From positions 1-42,740 of the forward strand of contig NW_021835082.1 in the NCBI RefSeq assembly GCF_006345805.1: 42,740 bases of DNA. Reading direction: 5' to 3'. A program made the position numbers and the translations under genes. Below are positions 23,761-34,913 of the stretch, one piece after another. Position 1 is the stretch's first letter. Each line of letters starts with the position of its first letter. The notes beneath the pieces are model-generated. The model did no database searches, was not told the origin of the DNA, and worked only from the letters and a program-made list of their open reading frames with translations. The stretch comes from Octopus sinensis (taxonomy: Eukaryota).

Positions 23761-24651
23761 ATGTAATAACTCATTTAGAATACCACACAAACGCATACAA
23801 TGAAGAAAGATTACGTTTATCATAAATACAAGGTGGTAGGCGTCTTTTGCCACTGGAAAATTATGAAATATCTATCGTGGGATTAGAAAAATATCTAATA
23901 ATAATAGCTGATAAAAATGTTGGTTGATTTGTTAGTTGAATTCTCCAGTCACGCTTTACTTTGTATAGAAAGAAAGCAAAAATGAGACGCAGAGAGAGAG
24001 ATAACTCAAGGGGTGTAGAATGAGTGAAGAGAAAGAACCATAGGCATAGAAGAGGAAGAGCTGGAGATGAAGTAAATGAAAGGGTGAAATTGTACAAGTG
24101 CGAAACATGTTTTCATTTTATTTTAAGTTTTTTTTTTTTTTTACTTTGAAAATTAGTATTCATTTCTTCATTTTGAATAAGCACCAAGAAACTTAATAGA
24201 AGTTAAATTATAGTTATTGCTACATATGCCATATTTCTTGATATTACCAACGGTAGCGAAAGTACATTTCTGAAGTTACTCGTCATTTTGGGATCGATCC
24301 AGTACCGAACAGCTATTCCGGATTATTTTTCCTGTTTTTTTTTACTTAATTTTTAAGAGCGGTCGGTTTCATTTTTAGTATTCTCGTTTGTGAGAGCAGT
24401 CGAGTTTATTTCAAATATTCTCATTTTTAAAATCACCTCTGACTAATCGTTGAGAGGACGTTTGTGTTGCCTTGGCGGAGGTTATCCCTCTCTGAGAGCT
24501 CTTGTTTAATATTATGCTAAGTTAATAAACTTTGTGCAGGAGTAATTAGTATTCATTCATAATTTTGCATAAGTACCCAGAAAATTGATAAAATTTAAAT
24601 TATCATTATTTTATGCATTCCATAAATCTTCGTATAAATATTAATTTCAAA

Positions 24652-25045
24652 ATGTTGGCACAAGGCCAGTAATTTTGAGGAAAGGAGATGAGTCGATTAC
24701 ATCGACCCCGGTACATAACTGGTACTTATTTTATTGACTCCAAAACGATGAACGTTCCCCGTTCATCGACAGAATTTGAACCCAGAGCGTAAACCCGGAA
24801 GAAATGTCGCTAAGCAATCTGCCAGCTCACAGCCTTAATTCCTAATATCAATAATGGTTCCAAAATGTGACAGAAGGACAGCAATTTCGGGGGAGGGTGA
24901 GCCGATTACATCGACACCACCTCCCCAGTAATCAACTGCCATTTATTTCAATGACCCCCGAAAAGGAAAGGTTGGCCCCGGGAAATTTGAACTCAGAACG
25001 AAAAGATGCATTTTGCCCGAGTGCTAACCATTCTGCCAGTTCAAC
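24652..25045 (-). mobile_element. Two tandem family A SINEs (24652-24838, 24855-25045)
   Basis: Each has GATTACATCGAC, GAATTTGAAC(C/T)CAGA and TCTGCCAG. Confidence 0.82.
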
Positions 25046-25812
25046 GATTTGTTCCTGATGATACTACTAAAGGCATAAGTATATTTCCAGAGTTACTTGT
25101 CACATGACAATCGGTATAACGCTCTAGTATATAATAATTAGATGAATAATGAATATAAATAGCTATAAAACATGAACAAGGGTACGGTTTCGTGACCTGT
25201 AGCAGTCTGTCGGCATCTTTTTTTCGTCTTATAAGGGAAAAAAATCAAATCTTTCTGCTGCTTTCACGGCTATACTACGTTCGAAATTTACTTTCTTGTC
25301 TGTAAAATACTAAATACATTCGACGCTCCCAAAGTTTGTTTATAAAATGTTGTCGAGTTACAAAATAGATAAATAAATATTTTTCGTTTGCAAGGAAGCC
25401 GATGAATATCAAGGAGAAAGTAGGGTAAAAACCTGTTGTGAAGAGGATGGAAATATAATGATATAGATTATTTTAAAAATAAGATTTAAAAAGTAAATGG
25501 AATTATAAATGCTATGTGAAGACGTTGGAAAGAAAGGCATAACCAAGCACAATATTCGGAAAGACTGAACTCTGAACTACATAAATGTGAATGAAAGTAA
25601 AGAAATCATTGGCCGATGAACACAGAACTCGGAGCTGATATTCAAAGATTTCGTTATCGTAGCACAAAAACTTAATATTTTTTACGAGAAACCTTCCAAA
25701 ATCGCATAAATGAAGTAGAATACACAACATAATTAAGATATTTGGCGGTTCTGAGAAAAATAAGAAATTACATTTTAATGATAGGAACAGTCCGAATGAA
25801 GTAAGGAATATA

Positions 25813-25854
<42 letters not shown>

Positions 25855-25857
<3 letters not shown>

Positions 25858-26200
25858 TCATGGCTCGGCTTCGCGAACGAAGATCAGGAAGGCTCTCCAC
25901 GTCGCGTGCATGCACGCTCATGACTGACAAGTTCGATATGGGAAAGGCAGGTCTGTGAGCAGTGTCCACAGACGAAGGTAACATCCGGTGTGGTGTCAGA
26001 GGCGGCTCGCGCCTTCCTCCTGCGTCTCTTGTCTTTAAGTGCGTCTCTTCTTTGTTCCTCAAACTTGCTGACTGCGTTGAAGATCGTGTGGCGCCAGACA
26101 TCACGGTCCGCAGCCAGGTCTGACCAGCATTGGTGGTTAATTTGACATGATGTTATAGACTTCTTGAGGCAGTCTTTGTAGCGTCTCCTCGGAGCTTCTC

Positions 26201-26204
<4 letters not shown>
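25855..26204 (-). mobile_element. RTE (BovB-like) LINE 3' fragment
   Basis: RRRYKDCLKKS...W..LAADRDVWR...KRRRRKAR..FVCGHCSQTCLSHIELVSHERAC (RTE C-terminal zinc finger); tail GCCATGATGA; (TA)n on both sides. Confidence 0.9.
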
Positions 26205-26230
<26 letters not shown>

Positions 26231-26237
<7 letters not shown>

Positions 26238-26800
26238 ACAATTTAACAAATAAAACATATGCATACATAAAACGTAGAACACAATGAGAAACAAAAACAT
26301 AAAAACAAACAAGGAAACGGACTTTTTTTAACAACGAAAAAGCAGGGTAAAGGACAAACAATACAAGGAATATTCCCCTTCATCAGCTGCCCCTGGTTCG
26401 ACCCAATGCGTGTTTCGAATGTAAGGGCAGAACACGATCCGGCCGAAGTAGTACTTCCTGCAAAATGAATTACATAAAATTCTTTTGCAGAGGGGTAAAA
26501 AAAGAAAGAAAAAAAGTGACAAGAACAGGACGTAAAAGCAATACAAATAAAAATACAGTATTGTATTGTATTGTTTGTTTTTTCGTTGTTAAAAAAAGTC
26601 CGTTTCCTTGTTTGTTTTTATGTTTTCGTTTCTCGTTGTGTTCTACGTTTATTTGTGGTGTCCTGTACTCATATATGTATATGCATGTATATATACATAT
26701 AGATGTAGGTATGTACATATATGTATGTATGTATGCATATGTTTTATTTGTTAAATTGTTGTCATATGACTGAGCGCCCCGCGTCGTTTCTTATCCTCCA
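26231..26800 (-). mobile_element. Inverted-repeat element (probable Penelope-like pLTR derivative), copy 1
   Basis: Arms ~26231-26366 and ~26566-26766 are inverted (AACAATTTAACAAATAAAACATATGCATACATA / TATGTATGCATATGTTTTATTTGTTAAATTGTT); homologous to 28968-29757; central hammerhead; (TA)n flanks. Confidence 0.8.
26375..26436 (-). ncRNA. Hammerhead ribozyme, non-circularly permuted strand order
   Basis: Minus strand CGTGT-T|CTGCCCTT-ACATTC-GAAA-CACG-(14 nt)-AGGGGCAG-CTGATGA-AGGGG; stem III 5 bp, stem I 8 bp, intact core, weak stem II. Confidence 0.75.
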
Positions 26801-26809
26801 AGCGGGTTT

Positions 26810-26869
<60 letters not shown>

Positions 26870-28107
26870 CAAGGCAGCTTACGAGATATCATACATTATA
26901 TTCTGTAGTAATTTTAGATACCTTGAAGACATATGAACATATTTTCATTTCCTGAACCAAAACAGTATGAGTGGGACTCTCGGCAGTGTACACTATTCAT
27001 TTGGAAAGCCTGAAAAATATTTAGATGCGATTGATGTAAAAGAATGTTAGTTTTTTCTTATAAACTTCTACAATATTACCATAACTATCTAAACCGAAAA
27101 CTATCAGCTTTTCTCCTATATCTTGTTTGCAGAAATTGATTAAAAGTCCAATTAAAATCATATCGGAATCGTATGATTAATTAATGTATAAAAAAAGTAT
27201 ATTTATACTATACATAATAACAACAGAATATATCACTAGGAAACCGTTTAATTACAATCATTCTCGTAATGTTAGTTTATAAAAATGGACAAAGATATTT
27301 AAAGTTTTGAAACGAGTGAAAGTTTGTTTCAATTCTGCCAGCTGCATGATAACACATGTAATTGTAATAAGAGCAATAAAATATATGAAATAAATATTAT
27401 ATTCCGTTTTGATTTTGTTATTTCGTGTTTTGCTTTTTCTTACTTTTTTTCTTTGTTTTTTCTTCATTCGGAATGAAATTGTTGAAACGGGAGTTTTAGA
27501 AAATAATTTTGTTTTTGTGTGCGTATTTTATTTCGTTTCGTTTTCCTTATTTTTCTTTCATCAATAATGTATGAAATTCGTAATGTCTGAAATGATATCG
27601 TATGCGCCATATAATAGCTGTTGTCTGTATGTAAAATTCTTGTCACAAAAATTAGTATAGTGAGAGAGTGAAAAGGAGAAGAAGAGAAAGAACGAGAATA
27701 TGTGTGTATATTTGAATGCAATAAATAAAGGGAGTGAACAAGAATGTGAAGTGCATGAAATTGTGTGTTTACCATATTCTTTGCTACCTTTGTTGCATTG
27801 AGTACGTAAATGAACAGATTGTTTCGGAAGACATTACTACAAAGAAAAGTAAAAGAAAGAATTTCACAAATTTTAATTTTAATGTACAAATGCTCAAATA
27901 AATGAATACGTTTTAGTATTTTCATTACTTGTCAACATAAATTCATATTAGTTTTTAAAACATTCTGTAATAGAGTAAGGATAAAATGAAATAAACAGAT
28001 ATTACTATAGCAGAAAGCAACCTTTTCTTGATAACAGTTCTGAAAAATACATGTATATTAACAAATATTTATTTTCACTCTTTTATAAATTTATTCCGCC
28101 TTCATCA

Positions 28108-28229
28108 TCTTTGCCTTTCATCCTTTCGGGATCGATAAATTAAGTACCAGTAGAGTACAGGTATCGATGTAATCGACTTAGCCCCTCAGCGAAATTGCTG
28201 GTCTTGTCCCAAAAAGTGAAACCAATATT
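28108..28229 (+). mobile_element. SINE family A, 3' half
   Basis: CTTTGCCTTTCATCCTTTCGGGATCGATAAATTAAGTACCAG...GAAATTGCTGGTCTTGTCCCAAAAAGTGAAACC. Confidence 0.85.
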
Positions 28230-28289
28230 TTATAGATTTAGGAATTTGGGAGGTTAACTTAAATAGATGACCGTCTTCGATTATGGCCT

Positions 28290-28617
28290 TCGACTAAGCC
28301 CTATATATATGTGTATATATGTGTATATATACATATATATATATATATACATATACATATGCATATATATATATATGTGTGTGTGTGTGTCTTGCGTCTA
28401 TGATTGTCCCCCAACCACCACCAGCATTGCTTGACAACCGATCTTGGTGTGTTTACGTCCCCGTATCAAAGTGGTTCGGCAAAATAGACCGATAGAATCA
28501 GTATTAGGCTTAAAAAGAATAGACCTCGGCGTCGATTTCTTCGACTAAAAAACTCTTCAGGGTGATGCTCCAGCATGGCAGCAGTGAAATAACTAAAACA
28601 AGTAAAAGAATAATAGA
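28290..28617 (+). mobile_element. SINE family B, 3' half
   Basis: TA/TG microsatellite then GCTTGACAACCGAT..GGTGTGTTTACGTCCCCGTA...ATGCTCCAGCATGGC...AAACAAGTAAAAGAATA. Confidence 0.85.
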
Positions 28618-28648
<31 letters not shown>

Positions 28649-28967
28649 TCGGAAAAATCTATGGGTGGAAGGTGACGTCACCCTTCCTGCGCATACGTGA
28701 AAATTTATGCGCTGGTAAGCCGTTTCAGTTTCTAACTGTTACCCCTAGAGCACAGATGTGTAATGTGGGCAAAAAAGAATAACCGTCTCGAAATGCAACA
28801 ATTTATATATATATAAGTCTTTTGTCTTTTATATTTTACATGTTTTAGTCATGGGGAGAATTTTTGGTCGAATGAGTCGACCCTAGTATTTTTTTAAAGC
28901 CGGATACGTATTCTATCTACTTACCACACAGCCACTCCTGCGCGTATATATATATATATATATATAT

Positions 28968-29757
28968 ATACAACAAATTAATAAATAAAACATATGCATA
29001 TATACATACATATATGTACGTACCTACATCTATATGTATATATACATGCATATATGGGTACAGGACACAAAAAACGTAGAACAAGAGAAAGGGAGAGAAA
29101 AAAAGGAATGGTTGTCTTGCTCCTCCTCCTCCCTCCCGTCGTTGACCCGTGACAAGAGATTTGCTACTGTCTTTCTGACCTGGCTTCCTTCAAGTGTGGA
29201 TGGCTTTCCTGTCTCTCTCTCTCTCTTGCCGTCCTCAAAAGCGTTCATAATATTTTTTTCTTTCGTTCTGGCTTAACAGCTCTCAATGTTTGTGTTACTG
29301 TTATTCCCCTTGTCCTGTCTGTTACTGTTTATATTTTGTACTGTCTTTACTGTCCTGTTTTGTTACCATTTTTACCCCTCCGCAAAAAAATCGCAAATTT
29401 TATTTAATCTGCTTGTGCGGGAAGTACTGTTTCCACGAAGTCGTGTCTCGCCTTTACCTTCGTAACGCGGTGTAGATGAAACAGAGGCGGCTGAAGAAGG
29501 GGAATTTTCCTTGTGTTGTATGTCTTGTACTCTATTTTTTCGTTGTTTAAGAAAAATGTCCATTTCCTTGGTTTTGTGTTTATGTTTTCGTTTCTCATTG
29601 TGTTCGACGTATGTTTGATGTCCTGTACCCATATATGCATGCATATATACATATAGATGCATGTACGTACATATATGTATGTATATATGCATATGTTTTG
29701 TTTATTAATTTGTTATTATATGACGGAACGCACGCATCCATTTCTAAGTAAGTTTTA
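28968..29757 (+). mobile_element. Inverted-repeat element, copy 2
   Basis: Arm 28968-29085 is the reverse complement of ~29590-29720; core 29330-29720 is homologous to the reverse complement of copy 1; ends TATGACGGAACGCACGCATCCATTTCT, compare TATGACTGAGCGCCCCGCGTCGTTTCT in copy 1. Confidence 0.8.
29442..29502 (+). ncRNA. Permuted hammerhead ribozyme, copy 2 (core GAAA changed to GTAA)
   Basis: CGTGT-C|TCGCCTTT-ACCTTC-GTAA-CGCG-(13 nt)-AGAGGCGG-CTGAAGA-AGGGG; stems conserved through compensatory changes. Confidence 0.65.
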
Positions 29758-29806
<49 letters not shown>

Positions 29807-29882
29807 TTCTCTATCTCTCTCTCTATATATATATAATATATATATGTGTGTGTGTGTGTGTATAAATATATATATATATTAT

Positions 29883-29955
<73 letters not shown>

Positions 29956-29964
29956 ATATATACA

Positions 29965-30270
29965 CTCACGACATCTACCAAATCCAGTCCCGAGAATTTG
30001 GTCGGCCCGAGACTATAATGGAAGACTTGCTCAATATGCCACACAGTGGACTGAACCCAGAACCATATAGTTGGAAGCAAGCTTCCTACAATGCAAGTAC
30101 ATGTTTGTGTGTATATGCGTGTGATGGGCTTCACACCGTTTTCTGACAACAAATTCATCCACAAGGTATTGATCGACCCGGTGGCATGTCATTACGCACG
30201 CAGCGTCAGCCACCGAAACTACGTTGTTACGAACCGAAATTCATAAACACACTGCAATACCTGCGTCTTT
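29965..30270 (-). mobile_element. Two degenerate SINE family B heads
   Basis: CTACCAAATCC..TTGGTCGGCCCGAG.CTATA..GGACTGAACCCAGAACCAT and CAAATTCATCCACAAGG..TTGATCGACCCGG. Confidence 0.65.
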
Positions 30271-32092
30271 ATATACACATATATATATGCGTGTGCGTGA
30301 ATGTGTATGTATATATACCTAGATGTGCATATATATATATAATATATACATGCCTTGACACACATATAAGCGCCCTTTATGATTCTTCGTTTTCAAAGCA
30401 AACCCATATTGATGGTGATGGTATATGTATGTATGTGTGCATGTGTCTGTATCTGTGCGTGCGTGCGTGCGTGTGTGTGTGTGCATGCATACGTCATTGC
30501 TCTCGAGCAAGTGTGTGTGTGACTGAATGTGTTCATTTGTATGTATCTATGTGTATGCGTTATTGCATGCGTGAATGTATAGAATTGCCCCCTGCTTAAG
30601 ACGAATGCTATTCTTGCACTCAGCCATTGTATTCAATTGAAAATGTGTAAACAGTTTCATGTGTTGTCGTAGAAGGCAAATCCTGTTACAAAATATTTTG
30701 CGGAACGGTATTTATTTTCACTGTGCACTCAGTAAGAACACAAACAATATTCACTTGAAATATTTGGTTTTCAATGTTCATTTCTATAATTACACATATC
30801 GAGAAAACACGTAGCATCAGCTACTTCGAATCATGTTTAGTCTTGCGGTAAATTTTTGGTTAAAATTCGATAATGAGAGACGGAGACAAAATAAGAGAAG
30901 GAGCAGAGAGGGAAGTACAAGTCATCATTATTATTTCACGTCTTGTCAATATCACATATTTCTACCGTTATTTATCAAAACATCCAAACAACTTTTTTAA
31001 CAATTTTGTGATACTACAAAAGGAAAGGGAAGGAGTGAAATTGTGTTTGTACAATTCACAGATAAGGGTGATGCATTCCACTGCGTGTTTAATATGTTTT
31101 AAGCAAGGATGTTGTACTTGTTAGATGCTGAATTACATTTTTCTTGTTCTGAAAGGAGAGCGGCAAGAATCGCTACGAAAACGCTTGTGCTGTGGATTCA
31201 CAAGAAATACATAAATCAAATGAGTTTTCATGCTTGATATTATTTTATCGATTTTGTTATATGTAAAATCCCGTTCTTGCTCATTGGTTTAGGATTAGAT
31301 TACATAGCATTTGGCTTAACAGACAGAACGAGAGATACAGCAACAATGAGCGTTGAGGATAGACAGTAGAAATATCTGACTCAACTATGTAGGGATTTGT
31401 CGCCTACATCGATGGGTTAATAGGGGCACTTCTGGTATCGCAGTGGAAAGGGACCGAAATGCCTACAGAGCTGCTTCACCGCTTGATGAAAGACTCCTGC
31501 ATTCAGAGACGGAGTACAACAGTACCCTCAATACATGTGTTTACGATATAATTTGCGTTACTGTTTTTTCCCCTGCCGTCTATATAGTCTCCTGCTGCTT
31601 TGGTATTCACCGAGAGGTTCAGGGATATATTAATTTAAGCCTATATAAATAAGTTTAAATTAATGTTCATAATTCTCTACAATTGTGTGGAAACACTACC
31701 TCGTGGTTGCATTATCATCCGTCTGGTCATTGCTGCCTTTGCTGTCGTCGTGCACGCAAATGTATTTGAGGGAACCAAGGTTGCTTTAGACATTAGACCG
31801 GATAATTATTTATTTGCTTCACTGAACATACACAATATATGATAGAACCAACTCAGTTTGACGTTTAATAGATTACGATACTTCGTTAGTTTTCTACGAT
31901 GATTCACCTGGCAATACAGAAAGCTGGGGTTGATGTGTTAAACACTCCTAAAGTGCTCGAAGAAGGATATTAAGGCGTTGATACTAAAAATCGCTCACCG
32001 TAATGTTTCACTTGTTTTAGATAATTGATAAATCGGTAAAAGAGAATCTTGCCAAAGTGGGAATATATTATATATACGTGTGTGTGTGTGTG

Positions 32093-32127
<35 letters not shown>

Positions 32128-32829
32128 GCGTACATGTCTTTATACATACACACACTCATATATATACATATACGTATATACATATATGTATGTATATATT
32201 GATATAATTCTCTATATATATGTGAATGTACGATGTATGTATATATATATATATTGAAAAGATTTCCTACGTTATCTTATTAAGTATGCTCGAAATTTTA
32301 GCGGACCTGTTTCTATGGCTACATGAAAATTCCACTGATGAAACAGATGTGGCTAAACAGAGGAGTATCATCTATGGAACATTGTTATAGAAATTGTCAC
32401 AATTAAGACACTGAGCAAAAATAAAAACAAAAATTAAAGAACAATAAATAGATGTAAAATGAAAGTAAGTAAAAGAGATGTAAACACTATTCACGAGTCA
32501 CTTTATTCAGTAAATGTATTAGTCAACCTACAATATATAAACACACACACATACACAAATATATATACATACATACACACGCGCTCATACATATATACAT
32601 GCATACATACACGTGCACACACATACATACATACATACATACATACATACATACATACATACATACATACATACACACATACATACATACACACATACAT
32701 ATATATAATGGTGGTAAGCTTGCCTATGTATAGAAAGAATTAAGAATAGACACAAGTTTATATTATAGTTCCTGTTCGAGTTTTACCATTATAGTTGCAG
32801 AATTAATGCCAAGAATTATTTGGGTATTT

Positions 32830-33207
32830 TGGTCAAGTATGTCCATCCTACGGTGCAAACATTTTTTTCATTGATGATAGTGCGATCTTTCAGGACGATG
32901 ACGTGCCGATTCACGGATCTGATATCAACCAAAATCAGTGCATAGTGCGCAAAATCGAAGTAAACCAATTGGATTAACCCCACCCCAATAATCACCTTTT
33001 ACTGTGCATTTCGGAGCAGTAAATGGAAGCCACTTGCCTCCATCATCGTTGTAAAATAGAACAAAATTCCAGCAGTAAACCGTTCAGAAACAGTGCGTGT
33101 CAGTTCCTCCAATTATTCATGCTATGACTGACATGACATGTAGACCAACTTCGAATAAAAAATTAAATGTACTAATGTGTTTTCGCTATTTTTCTGAACC
33201 CCTGTAT
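32830..33207 (+). mobile_element. Tc1-like transposase 3' remnant
   Basis: HPTVQTFF..DSAIFQDDDVPIH (compare FQ.DNAP.H); ends AACCCCTGTA|TA. Confidence 0.55.
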
Positions 33208-33853
33208 ACATACGTCTGCATGTATATGTGCGAATGCATGTAATAGTGTCACAATCCAGGTAAAATTCTGTCATTAAAAGAAAGATGCTTAAAACCAATA
33301 CCATAAATACACAAATGTTCAAATGACAACACCGGCATCCATTTTGTTCAATACATTTTAAAAGTACTTCATGAACTAAGTCTTCTTTTATTAAACTATA
33401 CGTACACAGCTAAATAACAAACATTTCTAAACATTTTCCACAATAAACATAAATTAATACATTTAAATTATAAAAACTAGAATTTACATTACAATATAAT
33501 TTCCCTTTTTTAAAATTAGTTTCAATCAAACTGACATTTTACGCTAAGAAACACAATATTACCAAAATGCATGAGTGATAGCGTAACACATTTTCAAAAC
33601 AGCTAATTGATTGAAAATACAGATAAAACAGTTTTAGGCAACCAATGCAAGTTAGAAATAAAGTGATGAAAGCAAAAGGAAAATAAAATAGTAGTTTGCA
33701 CTTTTACTTAGAATTTCAATGATTTGGATTTCAAATCCTCTTATCAAGGGAAGATAGAGGAAGATGATGAGGTGGTATCTTTTGCACATATGATGTACAC
33801 AGATAATTAAACAGATAATTGAAAAGTTAATTACACTCCTTTGAAGAAGATAC

Positions 33854-33900
33854 CTGCTTACTACCATCCTCCATTTTCTCTTCATGGAGAAGGTTTGAAC
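33854..33900 (-). CDS. Candidate coding exon, unidentified (SNLLHEEKMEDGSKQ)
   Basis: Strong acceptor TTTTACATTATATTTCCTTACCGCAG| and donor CAG|GTATCT; open frame; no recognisable homology. Confidence 0.3.
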
Positions 33901-34324
33901 CTGCGGTAAGGAAATATAATGTAAAAGTGTAAACTGTTGGATTTTTTGTTTTACTTTGCTTGTTTTGCGTTGCTTTTTTTTCACACCTTTATTTCCACGT
34001 TGAATTAAACTGGTAGCTTTCGCTCCATTTCACAATACTACATATAATCTAATTAAAAACAATTATACTCAAACATATATACATGTACATATGCTCGCAG
34101 GGTTGTATGTATATGTTTTTATATGTGTGTGTGTTGCTAAGCTGTGAGGAAGGCAGCTCTTCTGGGAGAAAAATACTCTTACATAAAATTGCAGTCAAAA
34201 TCAATGTTTGTCACTGGAACCAATTATGGCGACCGAGAGAATAGTAAAAGTGTTCGTGCCAGCTGTGACATAGATTGCCTCACTATCATTTCATTTCTTG
34301 ATTCATTTTGTATTTAATAAACAC

Positions 34325-34580
34325 CTTTGGCGATCGATACGTGGCGTGAAAAGTCATATCCTCGCATATGCAGGAATGGAAGTAAATCAGAGGAATCGGA
34401 TTGAATGAGGTGGCCATCTGATAAGAAGATGCAATCCATATGTGCGTCCATTTCTAGTTCCTTGCATGTGTAAGTGCATGTTGACGCAGATGTATTTATG
34501 CTTCCTTTATTGACACTGAAATTGCGACTCACGACTCTCGAATACACGTCATTCCAACCATCAGACGAAACTGTTACAAC

Positions 34581-34581
<1 letters not shown>
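34325..34581 (-). CDS. Candidate coding exon, unidentified (VVTVSSDGWNDVYSR...FSRHVSIAK)
   Basis: 257-bp unique-sequence open frame between TATACAG| and AAG|GTGTTT; phase-compatible with 33854-33900. Confidence 0.25.
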
Positions 34582-34646
<65 letters not shown>

Positions 34647-34843
34647 ACAGATGGATTATGTGTTAGTAGACTACAGCTGTTTCCAACGTATTTCTAATTG
34701 ATTAATGGAGACATTACATCTTTAGAAAAAAACAGTTTTCAACACAACATTCTAAAATATTCATAGCCGACGGCATGAGCACCTTCCAAATTGGACTAAC
34801 AAATTCATTTTATGACCAGCAGGGGTTGTAAAATCATGATAAG

Positions 34844-34913
34844 CTAGTACTCGAGTTTCGAACTTTCCAGAATACGTTTGTTATCGTAAATCTGGTTAGT
34901 CTTCTTCAGCTAG
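34844..34913 (-). ncRNA. Type I hammerhead ribozyme (Penelope-type)
   Basis: CTAG-CTGAAGA-A-[stem II including CCAGA/TCTGG and TACG/CGTA]-GAAA-CTCGAG-TA|CTAG; palindromic stem III ACTCGAGT. Confidence 0.8.

Noticed and set aside
26231-26800. Classical MITE of a DNA transposon
   Set aside because: Arms are asymmetric and differently deleted in the two copies, with no definable TSD or recognisable TIR end, and the core carries a hammerhead. Disfavoured but not excluded.
27258-27925. Two minus ORFs with hydrophobic and basic stretches resembling a GPCR or chemoreceptor
   Set aside because: Composition follows from AT-rich, T-run DNA; no receptor motifs (DRY, NPxxY, CWxP) or regular TM spacing.
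31380-31800. Unique, moderately GC-rich stretch with several 50-90 codon open frames
   Set aside because: No consistent splice phase with the neighbouring candidate exons and no recognisable domain.
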